DNA of 64,000 bases, taken from contig DAOOQN010000001.1 in NCBI GenBank assembly GCA_035388785.1, forward strand, positions 23,996 to 87,995, given 5' to 3'. Within the stretch, counting starts at the first letter, position 1, and the number at the start of each line of letters is the position of its first letter. The stretch comes from a bacterium (GTDB lineage Bacteria > Patescibacteriota > Patescibacteriia > UBA2196). The notes beneath the pieces are model-generated. The model saw nothing but the letters and a program-made list of their open reading frames with translations. It did not search any database and had not been told where the DNA came from. A program made the position numbers and the translations under genes. Shown in pieces: positions 56,932 through 64,000 of the stretch.

Positions 56932-58169
56932 AAAATATAATCCAAACTTTACTAAAAAAAAGTGCATCATTTCTAAAAACCGACACGCGTTATTTAGCAC
57001 ACGGTGGTTTTTGGTTGACTCTTGCTCAAATAATTTCCACTGGCTCAGGTTTTTTACTTTCTGTTGCTTTTGCTAATTTACTACCCCAAGAAACCTATGG
57101 CACTTATAAATATATTTTATCAATTTTAAGTTTACTATCCATCCCAACCTTAAGCGGCATGAACACCGCTATTGTCAGAGCAGCTGCCAGAGGCTATGAT
57201 GGTACTCTGAAACCAGCACTAAACGCTAAAATGCGCTGGGGAACTTTAAGTGCTGTGGGTAGTCTGGCTCTAGCCAGTTATTACTATTTTTTAGGCGCCA
57301 ACAATCAACTCGCAATGGCTTTTTTAGTCGCCGCAGTTTTTTTGCCTTTCATGGATTCTTTTACTCTGTTTGATTCGCATCTACAAGGCAAAAAAAAATT
57401 TGACATCACCACCAAGTATAATACTGTTATAAAAATTGTAGCCACCCTCTCAATGGTAGCTACATTATTTTTCACTTCAAAAATTATATTTATATTGCTT
57501 GCCTACTTAGCACCTTATACAATCATAAGACTTGTTTATCTTAAAATTACATTAAAAAAACATCTCGACAATAATAAAATTGAATCCGGTGCTTTATCTT
57601 ATGGTTTCCACTTAACAGCCATCAGTATTTTAGCCAACATTACCACCCAACTTGACAGCATTTTAATGTGGCACTATTTAAACCCAACTTCCCTAGCAAT
57701 TTATGCCATGGCCTTAGCGCCAATCAACCAGATTAAATCATTATTAAAATCTTTTGTGGTAATTTCTATGCCCAAAATGGCTGAACAAGACAAAGAAATT
57801 ATTAAAAAAAGCTTACCCCTCAAGATAATCAAATCAATTTTAATTTTATCAATTTTTATTATCGCTCTAATTTTTGTTTTACCTTATGTTTATAAAATCT
57901 TTTTCCCCAAATATTTAGAGTCCATAAAATATGCTCAGCTACTGGCTCTAACTTTAATTTTATTTCCCGAAAGACTCTTAAGTATCAGCACCCTAGTACA
58001 TGCTAATAAAAAAATAATTTATTTTACTAACATTCTAAATCCAGCTTTTAAAATATTATTACTTTTCTTACTTTTACCAACCTATGGGATCAGTGGAGCA
58101 ATCGCGGCGATATTAGTTCAACAGATTATTTTTATTTTTGTTGATTATTATTTTTTTAAAAAAATGTAA
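56916..58169 (+). CDS. Wzx-type oligosaccharide flippase
   Basis: About 12 TM helices, FANLLPQETYGTY, LDSIL, YGISGA. Confidence 0.85.
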   Translation: MRQKIKNIIQTLLKKSASFLKTDTRYLAHGGFWLTLAQIISTGSGFLLSVAFANLLPQETYGTYKYILSILSLLSIPTLSGMNTAIVRAAARGYDGTLKPALNAKMRWGTLSAVGSLALASYYYFLGANNQLAMAFLVAAVFLPFMDSFTLFDSHLQGKKKFDITTKYNTVIKIVATLSMVATLFFTSKIIFILLAYLAPYTIIRLVYLKITLKKHLDNNKIESGALSYGFHLTAISILANITTQLDSILMWHYLNPTSLAIYAMALAPINQIKSLLKSFVVISMPKMAEQDKEIIKKSLPLKIIKSILILSIFIIALIFVLPYVYKIFFPKYLESIKYAQLLALTLILFPERLLSISTLVHANKKIIYFTNILNPAFKILLLFLLLPTYGISGAIAAILVQQIIFIFVDYYFFKKM

Positions 58170-58173
58170 TTTT

Positions 58174-59010
58174 ATGTCCGACAAAAAACAAGGTTTAACT
58201 ATAATATCTCTTTCCTATCAACGCACAACTGGACTTGCCACCCTAATGGACGGACTTTTAAAACAAACTTTAAATGGTCTGGAAATGGAATATATAGTTT
58301 GTAATAACTCAAATCAAACCATTTTACGGCCATCTTTTTTTACCAAAATTGGACGAAGAATAAAAAAATTTAATGACATAAAAATTTTAAATTCTAGTCA
58401 CAACTATCGCTGTCAAATCCGTTACCAATTAGCCACTCTGGCAAAACATGAAACCATACTTTTTTTAGATGATGATGTGGTCTTGCTTGATAACAATTTT
58501 ATCTTTGACATGTGGCAAACGTATCAAAATCTATCAGATAATAGTATCCTATCTTGTTGGTGCACCTTATGGACGGCTTGGCAGGAAAACTCTTTGACCA
58601 AAGTTGATATCAACTTCAGACAACAAATAATTAATGAACTAATGCTTTGTGACACAGCCGGACCGGGTATTTCTATGTTTAATAAAACCACAGTTATGCA
58701 TCCACGTATTTTAGATATGACTCCGGAATTTAAAAAATCAGATGATATGGGTTTTTCTTTAATAGCCAATTTGACCAATAAAAGTCAGGTTTACTACTTT
58801 CCTTCATGGCAACGGTTAAAATTTCATGATACAGAAAAAAATAACCACGCCATCTCAAAAGAAAAAAAATACTTTGACAACATCTATGCGGTTTGGAAAT
58901 CTTTATGGCAAGAAGGCTATAAACCAGTACTAGAAAGATTGTCTTTAACGGATAAAAAATTACAGTTATTAGCTAGGGAAAAATTAGTGGGCAAAATAAA
59001 TCCGTGGTAA
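58174..59010 (+). CDS. GT-A fold glycosyltransferase (start at MSDKKQ)
   Basis: IISLSYQR, VCNN, ILFLDDD, SDDMG. Confidence 0.7.
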   Translation: MSDKKQGLTIISLSYQRTTGLATLMDGLLKQTLNGLEMEYIVCNNSNQTILRPSFFTKIGRRIKKFNDIKILNSSHNYRCQIRYQLATLAKHETILFLDDDVVLLDNNFIFDMWQTYQNLSDNSILSCWCTLWTAWQENSLTKVDINFRQQIINELMLCDTAGPGISMFNKTTVMHPRILDMTPEFKKSDDMGFSLIANLTNKSQVYYFPSWQRLKFHDTEKNNHAISKEKKYFDNIYAVWKSLWQEGYKPVLERLSLTDKKLQLLAREKLVGKINPW

Positions 59011-59021
59011 ACTTATAAAAT

Positions 59022-60059
59022 ATGTTTAAAAAAATAAAAACCATAATTAATTTAATAAAATCAGGGAAAAGTGATCTATTTTGGTATAAAATAAAAAAAA
59101 GATTTGGAGTTAAAAAAAATCTAATGCCTTTACCTGAAATTTTAACCTTAGAACCCACCAATATTTGTACCATGAAATGTCCCACTTGCCCAACAGGGGC
59201 TGGTAAACTAAACCGCCCTAAGGGTATGATGAGTTTGGAAAATTATAAAAAAATAATTGACCAAGTAAAAGGATATACAGATAAACTGGTACTTTTTAAT
59301 TATGGTGAACCATTCATGCACCCGAAAATAATAGAAATGATAAAATACGCCAAACAAGCGAGTATTTTTGTTAAAACCAGCACTAATGGTGAATTTTTTA
59401 AAAACGAACAATTTTGTACAGATCTAATAAATAGTGGATTAGATTATTTAATAATATGTTTGGATGGAGCAGATAGTGAAACATTAAAAAAATTTAGAGT
59501 CAACACCGATTTTAAACGTATTATTAAAAGTTTTCATACTATTATTAAGCTAAAAAAAGAACTTCACTCTCTTACTCCACTAGTTGAATTACAATATATT
59601 TTAATGAAACACAATGAACATCAACGAGAAAAAATGAAACAAATCGCGGCTGATTTAGGAGTTGATGTTTACGCCGAAAAGACAGCGGGCATTGATATTA
59701 ATGATCCAAATTTTCAAAAAATGGCAGTGGAGTTATTGCCGACTGAGCCCTCTTTAGCGCGTTATGAAAAATTACCCGATGGCACTTTTAAACTAAAGGG
59801 CGAAATTTCTAATTATTGTCCACAGGTTCTCAGTTCAATAGTGATAAATTGCGACGGTAATGTGGTGCCCTGTTGTTATGATTTATATTCTAATCATATT
59901 ATGGGGAATGTTTTTCAACAGCAAATAAAAGATATTTGGCACGGTAAAAAATATCAAGAATTTCGCCAACAAATTTTCAGGCAAAGAAAAAATATTGCAA
60001 TGTGCAATATTTGTTCAGAAAGAAGTTATAAAATAAATAAAAAAATAAAAATGGAATAA
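59022..60059 (+). CDS. Radical SAM / SPASM (twitch) protein
   Basis: CTMKCPTC, YGEP, STNG, C...GNVVPCC...GN...CNIC. Confidence 0.92.
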   Translation: MFKKIKTIINLIKSGKSDLFWYKIKKRFGVKKNLMPLPEILTLEPTNICTMKCPTCPTGAGKLNRPKGMMSLENYKKIIDQVKGYTDKLVLFNYGEPFMHPKIIEMIKYAKQASIFVKTSTNGEFFKNEQFCTDLINSGLDYLIICLDGADSETLKKFRVNTDFKRIIKSFHTIIKLKKELHSLTPLVELQYILMKHNEHQREKMKQIAADLGVDVYAEKTAGIDINDPNFQKMAVELLPTEPSLARYEKLPDGTFKLKGEISNYCPQVLSSIVINCDGNVVPCCYDLYSNHIMGNVFQQQIKDIWHGKKYQEFRQQIFRQRKNIAMCNICSERSYKINKKIKME

Positions 60060-60061
60060 CT

Positions 60062-60952
60062 TTAACTTCTTAATTTAATGACTAAGCGATAAATAAAACC
60101 ACAAGACATCATTGAAAAATAATGCAAGAGATATAATAATCTAAAGTGATATTTTAAAGCTTTTTTAAAGGCTAGTCTGGCATTTTGATAATTTTTATTA
60201 TTTCTATATAAAATCCCCAAAGTAAAAAGGTGGTTAGCCCAAACAGTTGGCCGCTTTTTAAATTCCTCTTCGTGTTTTTTAAGAAGCAATTCACGTCCCA
60301 TAATCCTTTTTGTCAAGTTTCCCCCTATGTGTTGCCTGTCGTTTGTCATATTCACCAAAACCAAAAGCTCATCAATACCCAAACCTTTAAATTTTTTAGT
60401 TATTCTAATCATCAGTTCTGATTCTTGATGACTGGGAAAAGCTTCATCAAACAAACCCACAGCGTCAAAGACATCTTTTTTAATAATCAAAGTCACTGTC
60501 AAAAATTTCTTAAAACTGCTTAAAGCTAAATTATAATAATCTCCCACTCCTTCGGGTACATGATTTCTATCTTGTCCAAAATTGGTAATATTTTTTACTG
60601 CACAAAAACAAAAACCCACTTCCGGTAATGTATTTTCAAACACATCCATTTGTGTCGATAACTTATTTGGCAACCATTCATCATCATCATCCAAAAAGGC
60701 AATGAATTGGCCGAGTGAAGATCTTATGCCAGTGTTGCGAGCAGCTCCACCACCTCGACTTACCTCGTGTTGAATATAAATAATGCGTCTATCACCGATT
60801 TCATTAATAATTTTATCCGCTCTTTTGTCTGTGCCGTCGTCAACTACAATAACTTCAAAATCTTGATAAGATTGGTTTAAAACCGAAACTAAAGCTTTTT
60901 TTAAAAACTCTGGCCGATTGTACGTTGGAATAATGACAGAAACTTTGGGCAT
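60062..60952 (-). CDS. Glycosyltransferase family 2 (start at MPKVSV)
   Basis: SVIIPTYNR, VVDDG, ARNTG, AFLDDDD. Confidence 0.92.
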   Translation of the reverse strand: MPKVSVIIPTYNRPEFLKKALVSVLNQSYQDFEVIVVDDGTDKRADKIINEIGDRRIIYIQHEVSRGGGAARNTGIRSSLGQFIAFLDDDDEWLPNKLSTQMDVFENTLPEVGFCFCAVKNITNFGQDRNHVPEGVGDYYNLALSSFKKFLTVTLIIKKDVFDAVGLFDEAFPSHQESELMIRITKKFKGLGIDELLVLVNMTNDRQHIGGNLTKRIMGRELLLKKHEEEFKKRPTVWANHLFTLGILYRNNKNYQNARLAFKKALKYHFRLLYLLHYFSMMSCGFIYRLVIKLRS

Positions 60953-60953
60953 A

Positions 60954-62189
60954 TTATTTTTTTTGGTCACCACTCACAATTTCAGTCGTGGTGTTATTTT
61001 TTTGTTGCCAATATTTAAAAACACTCTCTGCAATGACCTTGTATCCCTCAGCTGTTGGATGACCATCAATATCAGCTGGATAAATTTCTTTTTTGTCTTT
61101 TAAACCCACAACCAAATCATCAGCAGGCTCAACACAGTCAATTTGATTTGTTTTACAAAAATCAATTATCTGGTTAACCAGTCTTTCCTCTTTTTTTAAA
61201 TAATCAGCAAGTTGTGTTGAATATTCCATGCCAACATAGTTCATATATCTACCATAAACCAACTCTTTGGTTGGTATTATAACGACAATAAATTTTTTGC
61301 CCTTTGTTTTCAACGCGTTATTCATCTCTAAAAAAAGTTGTTGGGTAATTCTAAAAGCTTCTTCAATTCTTTTGTCGTCCAAATCTATCACTGAGGTTCG
61401 ATAGTATGGACTTAGTGTCGTCTTTGGCTCTTGATTATAAAAAAATAATAAATCCTGATTTTCCTGTGCAAAGCCATCTAATCTTTGCTCTCTTTTTTCT
61501 TTTGTATCAGCTAGGCCAAATTTATCCCGCACGCCAACCGTTATATCACTCAAAAAACTAAAAATAAAACTATTTTGTCTAAGCCACTGCCTAGCCTCCA
61601 TAATTTTAAATTGCAGACTACCCTTCTTGTAAGCATATTTTAAACTGACAAAATTTTCATCAGTGATATTAACGTCAATTGGTTCTTTAAAACTAAAATT
61701 TTTATCCCGTAATTCAATCCAACTTTCACCTTGATAAACCATGTCAAAAACATCAAAAAGATCATTGCCTAAATAAAACCCAACCACGATAGTCTGCGGA
61801 TTAAAATCTAAAGCCTGTTTAAGTAAAAAATTGTATTGAACCGGACCATAACCGGCCAAAGCCACCTGATAAACATCTTTTTCTAAAAGTGTCCCTAAGG
61901 CGTGTGGCCAACTATCTTCTATTTTTTTTGCGTTTAGATAACCATCTGTCTGAGAATCGCCGATAGCAACCACATCAACCTGCCCTGGCACACTATAATT
62001 ACGATAACCATTTTTATCACGACCACTGGCTGGATTACCTACCACTTTTAATTTCTGATCTAAAATGTATTCGTCTTGTTGTGGTTTAATTTTATGTAAA
62101 AACAATTCCACACCCAACAGACAAACAATAAAAACTACAATAAAAATTATAATATTAAAAAATAAATTTTGTTTTTTATTTTCTTCCAT
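60954..62189 (-). CDS. Membrane-anchored SGNH/GDSL hydrolase-family protein
   Basis: IGDSQT, GYGP, GND, DGHP. Confidence 0.85.
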   Translation of the reverse strand: MEENKKQNLFFNIIIFIVVFIVCLLGVELFLHKIKPQQDEYILDQKLKVVGNPASGRDKNGYRNYSVPGQVDVVAIGDSQTDGYLNAKKIEDSWPHALGTLLEKDVYQVALAGYGPVQYNFLLKQALDFNPQTIVVGFYLGNDLFDVFDMVYQGESWIELRDKNFSFKEPIDVNITDENFVSLKYAYKKGSLQFKIMEARQWLRQNSFIFSFLSDITVGVRDKFGLADTKEKREQRLDGFAQENQDLLFFYNQEPKTTLSPYYRTSVIDLDDKRIEEAFRITQQLFLEMNNALKTKGKKFIVVIIPTKELVYGRYMNYVGMEYSTQLADYLKKEERLVNQIIDFCKTNQIDCVEPADDLVVGLKDKKEIYPADIDGHPTAEGYKVIAESVFKYWQQKNNTTTEIVSGDQKK

Positions 62190-62200
62190 AAAAATAAAAA

Positions 62201-62398
62201 TTAAAAAAAGGCATAGATAAAAGGTGAAATTGCACTACTTTGACCAATAATAATTAAAACTCCCACCAAAAATAAGGTTATAACTATTGGTGTCAACCAC
62301 CAAGCTTTACGGACTTTAAAAAAATTCCAAATTTCTCCTACTAAAGACCTATTTTTCATGTTTTGTTCAGACATATTCTTTATAGTTAATTTTATCAT
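62201..62398 (-). CDS. DUF5989 (SxtK-like) small membrane protein
   Basis: EIWNFFKVRKAWWLTP...QSSAISPFIYAFF; the true start may be 62374. Confidence 0.85.
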   Translation of the reverse strand: MIKLTIKNMSEQNMKNRSLVGEIWNFFKVRKAWWLTPIVITLFLVGVLIIIGQSSAISPFIYAFF

Positions 62399-62404
62399 TA
62401 TTAA

Positions 62405-64000
62405 TTAATCTGTTGCCAACTGTTCGCTGTCCCACATATCTTGTGGATTATCCTCGCGCTTAATCAAATAATTACCCATTACCAAACAATCAATCCCCGT
62501 ACCCATCATACATTTATAGGCCTCAGCTGGTGTGCAGACGATTGGTTCACCACGAATATTAAAAGAAGTGTTTACTAAAATCGGCACACCAGTCAACTCG
62601 CCAAACTTTTTAACTAAGTCATAGTATAGTTCGTTTTGTTCTCGTCTTATCGTCTGCAATCTACCAGAGCCATCAACATGTGTAACAGATGGAATTTTGT
62701 CTTGCCATTCTTTTTTGACAGGATAAACCATTAGCATATAATCAGTCGGCTCTGGCAAGGGTTGGTCACATTCAAAATATTTCATTGCATCATCGGCGCA
62801 CACCACCGGAGCAAATGGTCTAAATTTTTCGCGATGTTTGACTTTGGTGTTTAAAAGTTCTTTGACCAAAGGATTTATGGGGCTTGCTAAAATACTTCGT
62901 GCTCCCAAAGCCCGCGGCCCCCACTCCATACCTTTTTGAAACCAACCAACCACATAATTATTTTTAATCAATTCTGCTGTTTTATTTATCATCTCTTCAC
63001 TATTTTCAAATCTTGAATATTTAATCTGCTCGTTATTTAAAAACAACTCTATGTCTTGATTCGAAAATTCTGGTCCCAAATAAATATTACCTGTCTGTTT
63101 TGTCCTTGGATTATTTAAAAGAGTATGATAAATATACAAAGCCACTCCAATACTGGCACCACCATCTGAAGCGTTGGGTTGAATCCAAATTGATTTAAAA
63201 TTAGTATTTTTTAAAATTTTACCATTGCAAACACTGTTCAAAGCCGCGCCACCTGCCAAAACAACTTTATCATTTTTGCTGACCTTTTGCACGTGGTTTA
63301 AAATTTTTATTATAATATCCTCTGTAATCAACTGAACAGCAGCAGCGATATCCTGCTGTCTTTCGGTTATTTCTTCTTTTTCTGACTTCCTTACTGGCCC
63401 ACCCAATAAATCACATAATTTTTTTGCCGGCATTCGGCTTGACCAATGAAATTTAAAATAACTCATGTCAAAACGAAAACTCCCATCCTCTTTAATATCA
63501 ACAACCTGTTTTAATTTTTTATAATACACGTTTTGCTCGCGATCCATTTTTCCATAGGAACTTAAACCCATTAATTTGTATTCAGAATTATTAACACTGA
63601 AACCTAAATAGGCTGTGATAGTCGAATACAAAAGCCCAATTGAACTGGGAAATTTTATTTCTTTTTCTAAGTTAATATTATTCCCAATTCCAACTCCATA
63701 AGCAGTTGTCGTCCATTCACCCACTCCGTCAACTGTAATTATAGCCGAATCTTCAAAAGGACTGGTTAAAAAACTACTTGCTGCGTGTGCTAGATGATGT
63801 TCTATAAAAAGAACTCCCCCGTTCCAGCCAATTTTTTTCTTTAAAGTTTTTGGTAATCTAAGTTTTTCATTAATCCACGACGGCATAGAACTCAAAAAAG
63901 TTTTAAAAGACCAAGGAAACATTTCTAAGTGTTGCGACAATACTCTCTCAAATTTTAAAAATGGCTTTTCATAAAAACCCACAAAAGCCACGTCATTAAT
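62405..64000 (-). CDS. O-carbamoyltransferase (NodU/CmcH family), 5' end outside the window
   Basis: FYEKP, EHHLAHA, DGVGE, EYKLMGL, EWGPRALGARS, KHREKFRPFAP, NTSFN.RGEP; the frame stays open to the window edge. Confidence 0.93.
   Translation of the reverse strand: MNDVAFVGFYEKPFLKFERVLSQHLEMFPWSFKTFLSSMPSWINEKLRLPKTLKKKIGWNGGVLFIEHHLAHAASSFLTSPFEDSAIITVDGVGEWTTTAYGVGIGNNINLEKEIKFPSSIGLLYSTITAYLGFSVNNSEYKLMGLSSYGKMDREQNVYYKKLKQVVDIKEDGSFRFDMSYFKFHWSSRMPAKKLCDLLGGPVRKSEKEEITERQQDIAAAVQLITEDIIIKILNHVQKVSKNDKVVLAGGAALNSVCNGKILKNTNFKSIWIQPNASDGGASIGVALYIYHTLLNNPRTKQTGNIYLGPEFSNQDIELFLNNEQIKYSRFENSEEMINKTAELIKNNYVVGWFQKGMEWGPRALGARSILASPINPLVKELLNTKVKHREKFRPFAPVVCADDAMKYFECDQPLPEPTDYMLMVYPVKKEWQDKIPSVTHVDGSGRLQTIRREQNELYYDLVKKFGELTGVPILVNTSFNIRGEPIVCTPAEAYKCMMGTGIDCLVMGNYLIKREDNPQDMWDSEQLATD

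Noticed and set aside
60954-64000. Saxitoxin biosynthesis cluster
   Set aside because: No sxtA, sxtG or other core genes in the window; the context is surface glycan synthesis
1-64000. Alternative genetic code (UGA=Gly as in Gracilibacteria)
   Set aside because: Conserved genes are full length in code 11, and TGA acts as a stop (for example the hydB/hydA ATGA overlap)
1-64000. tRNA, rRNA, transposase, integrase or prophage genes
   Set aside because: None recognised by eye; tRNAscan-SE and Infernal would be needed to exclude them formally

Overview
AT-rich bacterial chromosome segment using the standard code (TGA is a stop). It most resembles a Patescibacteria/CPR (Parcubacteria/ABY1-like) genome; this is inferred from gene content, SD-poor leaders and a reduced RNase P RNA. 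From left to right: the start of the dcw cluster (mraZ-rsmH-ftsL-ftsI) with an MraZ repeat operator; a tightly packed minus-strand operon in which a short NuoF/HydB-like flavoprotein and a complete group A [FeFe]-hydrogenase head the glycolytic genes pgk-eno-gpmI-gpmI, followed by mutM and a PAP2 phosphatase; an orphan 7TM histidine kinase beside an acyl-ACP-reductase-like enzyme; an iscU/nfu/iscS cluster interrupted by an archaeal-type ThrRS editing domain; rpmA, pyrG (its upstream ATG is out of frame), rplI, ctpA, PEGA and HIT genes. The remaining ~39 kb is a surface-glycosylation region (GT2, GT4 and GT-C enzymes, two priming transferases, Wzx, Wzy_C-TPR, fused amidotransferase, radical SAM, carbamoyltransferase cassette) that also contains rnpB and an S8 protease with FG-GAP repeats. 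The best candidate for a novel system is the minimal two-subunit NADH-linked [FeFe]-hydrogenase embedded in a glycolytic operon. All calls come from motif reading by eye; no database searches were run.
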